Part shown: positions 10,659 to 21,960 of the stretch, one piece after another
Numbering within the stretch: the first letter of the stretch is position 1
Layout of the letters: each line of letters begins with the position of its first letter
NCBI GenBank assembly: GCA_001599295.1
Contig: BCGN01000002.1
Span: 1,984,001-2,048,000, forward strand
DNA: 64,000 nucleotides
Direction of reading: 5' to 3'
Origin: Sporopachydermia quercuum
Lineage: Eukaryota
Translations under genes and position numbers: made by a program
The notes under the pieces: model-generated
Told to the model about the DNA's origin: nothing
What the model saw: the letters and a program-made list of their open reading frames with translations, nothing else
Databases searched by the model: none

Positions 10659-12980
10659 ATGAGTAACTCAAAACAGCGTGGGAAGAAGAACGGCAAACCA
10701 TTAGATGAACTGGAAAGGAAAGCAGTACAAGGATCATCGCCAAATTCAGTGGGAAGCTCATCGAGACGACTTCCTCTTTCTTCCTCAGCTTCTGCTTCTG
10801 CTTCAGGAGTCAATTCTCACCATCAAGAAAGAAGCGATGCTCATTCCACTCAAGATGAAAACACTGTAAGCTCTAATACTCGTTTATCGTCAATTCCTAT
10901 TGGCAATACACCTCCAACATCTGCATCTTTCAATTCGAGAAGATATTCAGCCAATCTGAGAGAAACCCCTTCGTTATCATCGAGCGTTCAGAACAAATCA
11001 GTATTGACGCCCTTCCAGCCAGGAAATGGCCACTCTCATGATGATGCACATTCTTTCTTCACGGACTCTGCAAGACACACTCCAATACAACCTTCAATGC
11101 TATCAGCTCAAATCCATAATCCCGATCCTGAAGTTGTAAGAGTTGTAGGACGTCATTTGGTATCTGAAGCTGATAACGTGTCAACTCATAATAACAGTAG
11201 CAATAATATTACTAATTCGCACACCAATGATGGCGATACACCGTCAACAGAAGAAACTGAGGAACATACAGGTGAAAGCTCCGGTTTTGACTCGTTACAA
11301 CTCCAAGGTGGAGATATAACGCGTCAACTTTACAATTGGAAGAAAGAACATGAAAACCCCATCAAAAAACCAAGAGCAAGATCAGTAGGACCATCAGCAA
11401 GACCATCAATTGATCCTGAATCTTTAACTGCTCACGATATCAACGTTCCTGGAGGATTCAGAAGATCTTTCCTGCTGCAAAGAGCCATGAATCATCCAAC
11501 TATCGACGCCCGAACTGGGGCCTTACGCCATAAGAAACCAACATTTATTGCTCGTAATTTTATTGAATTCCTAACATTATATGGCCATTTTGCTGGTGAA
11601 GAACTCGAGGACGAAGAAGACGAAGGTCTTGATGAATATGAAGATTTCAGTAGCGATGCTCTCAGTTATACTGACGATGAGCGATATGGCCATCATGGCG
11701 GGGGCAATGGCAATGGCGAAGAAGAAGAAGGTTATGATGAGAATACACCCATAATCGCAAGACCAAAGCTTCATAGGAATAAGCCGTCTTTCAAAGGTGG
11801 TAATGCCAGTGCTACGAAAGCTATTTTATTACTATTGAAGTCTTTTGTTGGCACGGGTGTTTTATTTCTGCCCAAGGCTTTCTACAATGGTGGTATTTTA
11901 TTCTCATCGTTAGTATTACTATTCTTTGCATTATTATCTCATTGGTGTTTTATTCTACTAGTCAGAACTAGCAGGAAAACGGGCGTCAGTAGCTTTGGTG
12001 ATTTGGGTGGATCTCTCTATGGAACCGCTATGAGGAAACTTATTTTATTTTCTATTGTTTTATCGCAGATTGGTTTTGCTGCTGCTTATATTGTTTTCAC
12101 CTCTGAGAACTTACGGGCATTTATTGTTGCAGTTTTTGGTGTCACGTTGAACATTGAATCGTTGATATTTATTCAATTGACCGTCTTTATGCCTTTGTCG
12201 ATGATTAGAAACATCGCCAAACTGTCAGGAACAGCTTTAATCGCTGATTTCTTCATTCTGCTTGGTTTGCTTTATTTATACTACTGGAGTGGATATGTGA
12301 TTGTTACTCAGGGTGTTTCTAACATTGAACTGTTTAACAGAAACGACTGGACATTGTTTATCGGTACGGCCATTTTCACTTTTGAAGGCATTGGATTGAT
12401 CATTCCCATCCAGGAAGCAATGAAGAAACCAAAGCAATTTGAACCAGTGTTGGCAGGCGTCATGATTACTATTACGGCCATATTTGTTTTAATGGGTGTT
12501 CTCTGTTATAGTGCATTTGGATCGTCTGTTCAAACCGTTGTGATACTCAATTTGCCCCAGGATTCACCTTTCGTCAATGGAATTCAACTCCTATATTCAA
12601 TTGCTATTTTGTTGAGTACACCTTTACAATTATTCCCTGCGATCAGAATTATGGAGAACGGATTGTTTATTCGCAGTGGAAAATATAACAATAAGATCAA
12701 GTGGCAGAAGAATTTCTTTAGGTTTTTAGTTGTTATTGGAACTGCATTAATAGCTTGGGGAGGAGCTGATGATTTGGATAAGTTTGTTGCTTTGATTGGT
12801 AGTTTTGCCTGTATTCCCTTGGTGTATATATATCCACCGATTTTACATATTAAGGCGTTCGAGGGCTCATCGAGTGTTGCCAGCAAGATATTCGATGGTG
12901 TTGTGTTTGTTTTCGGAATCGTTGCTTTGGTGTATACTTCGTCGACTACTGTTCGCAGTTGGATTCTAAATAGCATTTAA
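10659..12980 (+). CDS. AVT3: Vacuolar neutral amino-acid exporter (AVT3/AVT4 family)
   Basis: GGDITR, PGGFRRSF, FIEFLTLYGHFAGEEL, LLKSFVGTGVLFLP and multi-TM Aa_trans domain; long disordered N-terminus. Confidence 0.9.
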   Translation: MSNSKQRGKKNGKPLDELERKAVQGSSPNSVGSSSRRLPLSSSASASASGVNSHHQERSDAHSTQDENTVSSNTRLSSIPIGNTPPTSASFNSRRYSANLRETPSLSSSVQNKSVLTPFQPGNGHSHDDAHSFFTDSARHTPIQPSMLSAQIHNPDPEVVRVVGRHLVSEADNVSTHNNSSNNITNSHTNDGDTPSTEETEEHTGESSGFDSLQLQGGDITRQLYNWKKEHENPIKKPRARSVGPSARPSIDPESLTAHDINVPGGFRRSFLLQRAMNHPTIDARTGALRHKKPTFIARNFIEFLTLYGHFAGEELEDEEDEGLDEYEDFSSDALSYTDDERYGHHGGGNGNGEEEEGYDENTPIIARPKLHRNKPSFKGGNASATKAILLLLKSFVGTGVLFLPKAFYNGGILFSSLVLLFFALLSHWCFILLVRTSRKTGVSSFGDLGGSLYGTAMRKLILFSIVLSQIGFAAAYIVFTSENLRAFIVAVFGVTLNIESLIFIQLTVFMPLSMIRNIAKLSGTALIADFFILLGLLYLYYWSGYVIVTQGVSNIELFNRNDWTLFIGTAIFTFEGIGLIIPIQEAMKKPKQFEPVLAGVMITITAIFVLMGVLCYSAFGSSVQTVVILNLPQDSPFVNGIQLLYSIAILLSTPLQLFPAIRIMENGLFIRSGKYNNKIKWQKNFFRFLVVIGTALIAWGGADDLDKFVALIGSFACIPLVYIYPPILHIKAFEGSSSVASKIFDGVVFVFGIVALVYTSSTTVRSWILNSI

Positions 12981-14182
12981 TAGAGAGATAGAGAGAAGGG
13001 AGATAATAGTGAAGGAAAACAGTGGATACTGTTTGGCAATAAGGGAATGTATTAATACTATTTCTTTATATTATTGCCAATCTTCTTTATTGTCACATGT
13101 CTTTACTTAGTACATCATACTTATTCATAGTTTATATATTGGAATATAATCTGCGTATCTGGTTAGCTATTCATTGTACAAAGTGCGGCAGCTCAAATAT
13201 TCAAGCTATAAAGCACCTTCGAGTCATAAAGTCACTACTGAGTTGTTTTCGGCGGTACAATGTAAAAAACTTCTAANTGATTCAATGTCAATAAAAGCAC
13301 ATGATAATAAATCTAGCCAATTGCATCTTAATCGACAGTAGCCATAACAAAATAAATGTATGACAATATGACTTTATTTTATGTCAGAAATACTTTCAAG
13401 AAAGTTAGGAGCAACCATAAGTGTTGAAATAAGAATATAATTGGCATCAGCTGGTGTCACTACTTATATACTAGTTCAAACTAAACCAGCAATACAGCTA
13501 TCCACAATTTCCTGGATCTGAAAGTGACTGGTACCAAAAAGCTGAACTCTTTATCATTGAAGGCGAATGAGAATGTTGCCTCGTTACTCATATTGTCTAT
13601 CCTGCCGATGATACACCAGGAAGCAAGTTCCTTTTGGTCTCTATTGACCAAATTCAATGAATAGCACTTCAATATGTAGTTGACTTACATGTCCTTCATC
13701 CTTCAATATACTGTAATTACGTACTTATTCTATCTATGAACATCAGGGTAAAGTAACCCTCAATAAGGAGATTTCTGTTACACCCGCGGATGACAACATT
13801 GTTGCTGGCTTACTACAGGAGCTATCACCAGACTATAAGCGAATTCATAAAAATAAGAGTCAACTACAATAAATCAAAACAAATGGCCTCGTCTACCTTC
13901 ATAATGCTATACGATAGTGCCATCATAGTCCAAAATCCTTTTTTTAATGTTCATCAATTGTCATTGAAACTACATTAGCAACCTACAAAGCTACCCATTA
14001 ATCATAATGTATTCATGCATACGTCCCAATAAAAACAGAGAACACCTACTAACATAAACAGATTATTAATCTATATTTATAAACATAACATAATAAAAAT
14101 ACAATAGAAAAAACTTTTATACCACCCAGTGAGCCAAAACATAACCATTACCAAATCATTACTAAATCTAACTCAAGTTTGT

Positions 14183-15079
14183 TCAAATTAAAGTATAACC
14201 ACCATCAATCACAATGTCAGAACCAGTTGCAAAAGTAGAAGCATTAGATGCTAACCAAATACAAGCACCAGTCAACTCGTCAGGTTGACCAAGTCTTCCC
14301 ATTGGTGTTCTGTCTGACCATTCTTGGAATAATGTAGTATATGCTCTGTTCAAAGGTGTATCCATATAACCAGGTGAAATGGAATTACACCTGATACCAT
14401 AGCAAGCCCATTCAGCTGCTAATGATTGCATCAAATGCTTAACACCGGCCTTTGAAGCATTATAAGCACATTGAGGTTGAGGCCAGTTGACAATGAGACC
14501 AGACATTGATGCAATGAAAATGATAGAACCGCCTGTTCCTTGAGCAATCATCTTTCTACCAACAGCTTGAGCAACTAAGAAAGATCCATTGAGGTTGATA
14601 TCAATGACTCTTCTGAATTTATCGGCAGAATAGTTTTCAGCATTGACTAAATCTGCTACACCAGCAGAATTAACTAACACGTCGATAGATCCAAAATGGG
14701 CATGGGCAGAATCAATTGCTTCATTGACAGATGCTTCATCGCGGACATCGACTTTAAAGAATTCAGCATCAGTATTGTAAAGATCATGAAGAGTCTTCAC
14801 TGATTCTTTACCTAAATCTTCTTGAACATCTAAAATAGCGATACCTTTCAAACCAACGGAGCATAAGGATTCAGCCATAGCGAAACCAAGACCTCTGGCA
14901 CCTCCAGTGATGACAGCTACTTTGCCATCTAATCTAAATTGCGATAAGTAGTTCTTAACACCAGATTCTAACTTTGGAGCAGAAGCATGGGCAGCAGCGA
15001 TCTCTTCAGCCGTTGGTGGTGGTGGGACAACTGCCTGCTTAGCAGAATTTCTCTTAACTAATTCAGGACGAGCAGACAT
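14183..15079 (-). CDS. Short-chain dehydrogenase/reductase of the polyol type (D-arabinitol 2-dehydrogenase / sorbose / L-xylulose reductase family)
   Basis: TGGARGLG, NSAG, ASMSG.IVN.PQPQ..YNASK, NSISPGYM.T, TGSDIVIDGGY. Substrate cannot be assigned from sequence. Confidence 0.9.
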   Translation of the reverse strand: MSARPELVKRNSAKQAVVPPPPTAEEIAAAHASAPKLESGVKNYLSQFRLDGKVAVITGGARGLGFAMAESLCSVGLKGIAILDVQEDLGKESVKTLHDLYNTDAEFFKVDVRDEASVNEAIDSAHAHFGSIDVLVNSAGVADLVNAENYSADKFRRVIDINLNGSFLVAQAVGRKMIAQGTGGSIIFIASMSGLIVNWPQPQCAYNASKAGVKHLMQSLAAEWACYGIRCNSISPGYMDTPLNRAYTTLFQEWSDRTPMGRLGQPDELTGACIWLASNASTFATGSDIVIDGGYTLI

Positions 15080-17279
15080 TGTGTGTATGTGTATGTGTGT
15101 GTATATGTGAAACGAGCGCGATAAACGTAGAACACGAATGTTTCAATGCAAAGGATTAAAAAATGTTATATATAACAATGAGATTGTTAAATTGCTTATT
15201 TATGGTTTGATTTCTTGTTGATAATAATAAAAATGAACAGAAAAAAGTTTCACAAGACAGATCATACTAGCAAAACAGCTCTTGAGCAAGAGATTTCTTC
15301 TCTCTTAAATACTTCTCCAGTCTTTCTTGCGAGGAGGCATGTGTGTGTGGTTTGTATCACTTTCATTTTAATCTCAGAAAATAATGTTTGAACCTTAAAT
15401 CATAATTTTTCACTTTTAGCCAGTTATACCGAATGTTTATTACTAGATTTGGAATTAGAAATTCAATCAAAAATAATATTTGCATGAGTATTGTGGAAAA
15501 GAAGTGACTAGTTAACAGCGGATAATATGTACGTAAGGATCAGTTTCAAGATCTAAATTTGGCGAGCCGACCCCAGAAAGTCAGCGTTTGATAAGCACTT
15601 GATCGTTGTTGTTGGAGAAATAAATTGTTTTCTAGCATTCACTAATATTAATATCACTTGAGTGAGTATTTATTTTTAAAAGTTTGAGTAGCTTTTATTT
15701 TTTATGAATAATGTAATTGATGTTCGAATTGAGCCTATTTGAGAGAGAAAGAAGCTTTGCGCTGAAGCCTATTATTACAATTGGGAGTTAGACAGCTATT
15801 ATTAGATCAGAGAGTTCAGACTTTATATCGTGAAGAAGTTAGATGTAGAATCAATGACACAATAGCAATTTCATAAAAGTAAGGAATTGGCGCGTGAACT
15901 GGTGCTTTCTAGGAATTATAATGAGGGAAAACAATTGAGTACATTATGATAAGAGTGAATATTGGCTGTCAGTCTTTACGTGATGAGGCTGCATGTATTA
16001 GAGTGGATCATACTGATCAACATGTGTATTAGTTGTAATCCAAAATTCTTGTTGGACTTAAATGAGAGGAAAACTTTCAACTGCTCAATAGATACAATTC
16101 CTACAATCAATGGTTACTTGGACGTATCTTAAAAACATCTATGAAATGAGTCGTGCTTGTTACTGTGGCCTAGACACCTACCTCCATGTCTACTTGATCT
16201 ATTTATACATTGTATTGTATGTGACGTTTTAACAATTGGACCCTGTAAATACTGTTTTCTTTTGTTCTCCCCAGTTCTTAGTATGTTGTTATTTTATTTA
16301 AACATAGGGGCTGTAAGTAAATCCAAGTGGGTTGATTAAGCGTATCTGTCAATCATGAGTTACAAAAATAGATCCTGGAAGTGAATAGTATATTGTATTT
16401 AATTCCTCCGTACACTTAGGGATTTGCTGCTTTTTTTGGAAATATAGCCAAATAAACCTTAATTGATAAACTTTTATCTAGTATTTAGTGTGAAGTTAGA
16501 TGACCTTGAGAAAGCCGTTGGAATGTTGCGCATACCTCATTAAGTTTAGTTCAACTTTAAAGTGGATAATTCTCCGATCGGGGCGTGAGTATTGAGAAAT
16601 TTATACTGTTTCATTTGAATTGAAACAAGGAGCAAAATGAATTGATAAAAATAAAAGAAATATGTAATATTGATTTTCATAATACAAGTTATTTGATATA
16701 TTAAAATCATATTGTAAGCGTTTAAATGAATAATGTTTTAGTATATTAATAGAAACTATGGTAGGCGAGTGATTAATGCTAAATATGATTGTTAGCAAGT
16801 ATGATCTAAGTGGTTGGCAGGTCCTACATAGTAACTAGAGGAAATGAATATCCTCATAGAAATGAATAGTAAAACAGTTCCATCAGATTTAAAGCAGCAG
16901 CGTTTGTAAGTAGTATTCGAGGATTGATTAATTTGATGATTATACTATTAATTTGTAGATTCTTTATATTATCAGGTGTTGTAGTGATAGCTGACTATCT
17001 TTCCTATAGAACCAAGGCAGTCACATAATCAGTAAAATATGAAACAAGCCTACCCTTCTGCACAAGATACGATTTCGATATGTCAAACTGTGTATAGTAA
17101 ACAAAAGAACTTGTTGCAGTTCTGAAGTTTTCCTCCACCTGCAAAGCTTAAGGTTCTAAATTAGAGATAAAGTATAAATGATTCTCTGGAACCTTATTAG
17201 CATAGGCTTATTGTTGTGAATAGAACACCGGTCAATTGGTACTTCTAGCAAGATTCATATTTTATTTATTCTTTAGTCA

Positions 17280-18476
17280 AGTATTGAGTACTGCCTCATC
17301 AGGTTGAGGTAAAACAACATTTACAGTTGGCTTCAACTATTCTTCCTCACAAAACATACGAAACAATTCATTTAGACAAAGTAAGAGTCAAAATTTGTTT
17401 AATCTTACTCGCAAGTTGATATTGAGCCACAACCAACTCTGCCCGACTCGATTACTTTCTATTAAATCACTGAAAACAATTGAATTTAACAAGAGAATTG
17501 TACAAAGTGCTGTAAGAATGGAGTACAAGCAATCATTTGACAAATACTGTACGTTTGTAGATTGTAATAGTGACTAAAGATGTAGGCTCATCAATTGAAA
17601 AAATCTTCTAGCCAAGACAAAGTTAAGGTTTTTCAAGGCTATTAAAGTTATCTGGGGTAAATCTATGAGAGAAAATTATTTCTGTAAGTAATTAAAAATT
17701 TTCAAGCAGCCATTAATCACTGTGCAGTTTGCAGTTCAGTTGGCGTACAGATGGGTACTAGAACAAGAAAATTTCAAAAGAAACTTAAGGGAATAGCCGT
17801 TAGAACTACAGAAGTTTTGATATGGCTGAAGAATAGTGTCTGTTATCTTTTATGAAATTTCGTATGTGAATCTTTTTCATGCAAGGAATTTGAGTTCAGA
17901 AACTGGACTACATTGTCACTAATATCTGAGATTATGGGGTTTCGAATACTTTAAAGTTAACTGGTGTGTAGAAAGTAGTTTCATGGAAGCCTGCCTAATT
18001 TCAAAGTCAATGTATAAAACGGTTGAATATTTATTTATACTTAAATTGTAAAGGCTGAATATAGATAGTGAACTAATTTTATCCCCTATCTTACTATTAA
18101 ACGTAGAGTGCAGAATCAAGGTCTGAAAATATTCCACATCATTCGATGACTGGGAGGCTGTAAACTTTTGTAGGCACTCAGTGAACTTGTCATTCTTCTG
18201 TTCCATCTTTAAATTCAAACTTTAAATCTTAAACCTTTTTGTATACGTGAACAAAATGTCTGGTGAGACCAATCCATCATTATGACAATGAGTGTAGTGC
18301 CATAGTGCCAATGTACAGTAAATATTTACGTCTGGCGTCAATTGAGTTTATAACTCAACATCATGGTTCCATTTTCAATCGTACTGATGAAATTTTTTTG
18401 AAAGAGAAGTCTTCACTCGTTGTTGTACATAGCCAGTGTTGGAGTCTTTGACCTGTTGCTGTTCTACACGGGGAAT
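17280..18476 (-). pseudogene. Possible decayed coding relic (long frames with sparse stops and frameshifts)
   Basis: The 99-codon ORF 18218-17919 extends upstream in frame to about 18476 with only 3 stops; further mostly open frames run down to about 17280. No family recognised. Confidence 0.25.
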
Positions 18477-20969
18477 TTAACATTTAATCAGTTTCACAAT
18501 GCAGATAGCAGTTGAGTTGACAAGAGTTTAATGAGCAACCCGAAACAAAAGCATTTTCATGTCTAGTTACATAATAGGTAGTTTTATTTTGTTTTCCGCA
18601 GAAGATATTAAACAGTCTGACCACGTAATACATGAACAACGATGAGTACTTACCTAAGATCACGTAATCATAGATTATACATTAGGTTGAAGTCAGATGG
18701 CATATCACGAGATCTTACCAAGTGTTGTTGCCTTCTTCTTAAGTTCAAATGTTCAAATATATAACAAAAAAAAGAGAGAAGAATCAAATTCGATATGGAT
18801 GGGTACTTGCGAAAGCATTGGGTAAATTTCTGGCTATTTCGCACTTTGGTTCCTTGACTTCAATGATGTTATAGTGAAACCTATGAATGTTTCAGGGGTT
18901 AATTGAACCATTCTCAAATATTTCAGATATTTTCTATTATATCTACAAAATCAACTTCTAAATCGTATTTGAAAATGAAATAGTAGACCATAGCTAGCCT
19001 AATTGGTTAAATGGTATCCGAGGTTTCTAATATTTTGAACCAAGTTGTCTTTATAATAATGCTTTGAGAGAACTGGAAGTTACGGCTATTATTCAGTAGT
19101 CAGTCAATATTAGAGTATCACTGGTTTCATATCTGTCTCAAAAGTCGACGATAGTCTTACAGAGTAAAGTAAACTGTCTCAAAAAAGTAAAATCTGATAC
19201 CTGTTCTTTAAACAAACCACAGTATTCACACATTTATCTGGTTTCAATTTTAGAATCTTAAGCATGAATGACTGGGTTGACTCCTTTAATGATTATTTTC
19301 TCTTTGCTCTTTGGTAAGCTGGTACATTTGTATCTTTTACCATTAAATTAATATAATCGAACTCCAAAATTTTATTCTCATTTTTAGTTATTGTCCTTAT
19401 CGGCTTCCTCCTTCAATGTTCTTTAACTGGAGAAGAAGATTAGAATAAAGCTTTCCAAGAGGCATTTAAAGTTTTCCCAATACAAGAAACTTTATTTTCC
19501 TAACGGGATATGATCGGCAATACTACTAACCAGCCAACTTACCATGAATCGTCAGTTGTTAATGTTACGACTATGTGAATGATACTTTTGTCTCGAAATT
19601 TTTTGAAATCTGACGTCTGTAAGGTTTATCTTCAATAGTTTTAATTACGAAGACAAAAACTAGACAGAAACAGTGGAATCGTAGTTTGGTCGATAAGCCC
19701 AAAAGAACTGTTTACTCAGACATTAAGATGATTCAAATAGGGTATATGAACACTTCAACGGTCAAAATCCAAGCGAGATTTACCAAACTTTAGCTATTTT
19801 CGGGAATACCAATAACAATTCATATATATGAACAGGTTTCTCATAGATGTAGAAGCAACTGTAATGCTTACAGGACTCTTTGTTTGAACCTAGCTGAATC
19901 TGCCCGAAGTCTTACAAGAGATATTAAAACGTCACGGAGATGGCTGGTGAGCTTACAAAATTTTTCTTTATTTTTAATAAAATAATCTATTTCTCAAGTT
20001 CTCTAACTTATTATAAAGTTTTTGTTTCCTTTTCGACACTCACATCAGTTGGATATAATCATTCTAATCAAGTGTTATTGCTTCTATTGGAAGCGGAATC
20101 CGTTCATTGAATTCACATCATTAAGCTCTAATACATACAATCCCTCTACAGTAAAATACTCTGATTTATTCGAATGCTCTCAAAACCCTCGAATAAGTAA
20201 TTAAATAATTCTGGTTGGATACAATAAATACTAAATTGGAGAGACATTAGAATTGCAGTAAACACAACGTCAAACTTGTGAACTCATTGAGTTTGCTCCA
20301 GGGACTATGGACCATGTCGTGTGAAACTACCCCAAATACATGCCCATAGTATGACTATTGATAATTCATGGCATTTAACTTTTTATTGCCTGAGAGCATA
20401 GTTTCTGAAATGCCGGAGATTCTATAACATTATACGAAGACACTAAAGTAGCATAACAATCATTCATACATTACGTTGGGTTAATAATTACAATGCCTAA
20501 ACTGTTTCTATTTCTCTTATCCCCGAGGCAACTAGAAATACACTCTCTAGGTTCAAGTAAGCTAAAATGTATGATAACCTACATATTAATTGTTGCTCAT
20601 CAGACCTGTATCGTAGTCAGTGGTCAGAAAATGCTTATAACGATGGATGAAGATTCAGTTGATATAATTAGCCAAAACCTTCTTTTGCCTTAACTATGTT
20701 TGGTGCAAGCTCGTTAAAGCCGATTAAGACTTCGCTTCGTAATTTCCAAAAACGGAAATGCACTTCAATCGTATATGTTGAATATTTCACTTCACCCAGC
20801 CATTTTCTCTTTTTATANTGTTTAATGCCTAATTGATTGTTTTCTTCATGCTTGTAAGATAATATATGCTCAATATAATTATTAGATTCAGCAAATATGT
20901 CATATTAAAGTATCAAATACATTTTGGACAGTTTTTTCTCTGAAAGGGGATGAATAATACAACTTTTAA

Positions 20970-20980
20970 GGTTCGAACCC
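20970..20980 (+). promoter_or_regulatory. Isolated Pol III B-box (GGTTCGAACCC), ETC-like TFIIIC site
   Basis: Perfect GGTTCGANYCC match with no cloverleaf or A-box around it. Confidence 0.35.
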
Positions 20981-21960
20981 CATTTGCGAATCATCTACAT
21001 TAGAAACGGGTCTTGCAACANGTCCCATAGAATCACAATTTGTCAAATTCATTACTATTTTAACTTTCTTTGCTCCTTTTGACAGATATTTAAATGACTT
21101 GCGCTAAAATTGAGATAATATTGTTCAAAGTTTACTCATTTCTAACTCAAAACATCTGAAAGAAGGTCATGTTGCAAGCCATCTCACTCTTTTGCTTTAC
21201 TGGAACAGCTTCACCGCTTCTGAAGTTTTCTCTTCGATGTAATCTCGGCAAACGGAAAACTTATGGCAGAGATTTTGTTAGATTGAATATGTCTAGACCT
21301 CTTCTTCGTTTATTCAACTACGATGTAGCGCTACTAGATTCTCGTTTATCTCTTGATTGCAAGCCATCTANCTCTAACATAATTTGTTGTCATCTGTAGG
21401 AATCCAAATTTTGACTAAAATTACGACGNTCTTAATCAGTCTTAAGGAAACTAACAGGCAATTATTTTTTTCAGGAGATATATTACAATGTTCTCCTATT
21501 GTTTTTGTCTCGTATATATTGAACTTGGCATGCTCTAATTTTTTTTGGTGAATAGCATAGTCTTCATGGTTTGTTATGGTTCCTTTCCTACTTTTTCATT
21601 TGTAATACTATTATACCAACCGCGCAAATACAAAAAAGAAAGTATTTTTTAAATACAAACACGAACAAAACATTTAATTTATAATCTTTAACACCAAGTT
21701 TGAGCAAATTTTTCATCATTCATTGAACGATAACGACATCAATTTGCTCTACTTTTTCATTCTTTTGTTAAAGTGATAAAACAGTAGAATCAGTCAATTG
21801 CAATATACGATAAAACGGACNGGTTGATCAAACGTATTTCACACTCGTTTTTCTTTTTATGCAGCTGAAAATTATTATTGGACAGTTCATCCACTAGAAG
21901 TTATAATTATAATTATACCATTATTATTTTCACACAACCATCAAAGCTCGGACCAACAAA

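Noticed and set aside
13150..13980. Scattered minus-strand splice motifs and 62-63 aa ORFs between AVT3 and the SDR gene
   Set aside because: No consistent exon chain or recognisable protein could be assembled.
14168..14185. Readthrough PTS1 in other genes (SDR, ABZ2, NNT1, SWA2, PTP3, YOS1, SER2)
   Set aside because: Stop contexts are not TGA-CTA and the extensions do not end in PTS1-like tripeptides (the SDR gives TNLS); only TRX qualifies.
20940..21000. Possible tRNA gene around the B-box
   Set aside because: No acceptor, D or anticodon stems and no A-box; kept only as an orphan B-box.
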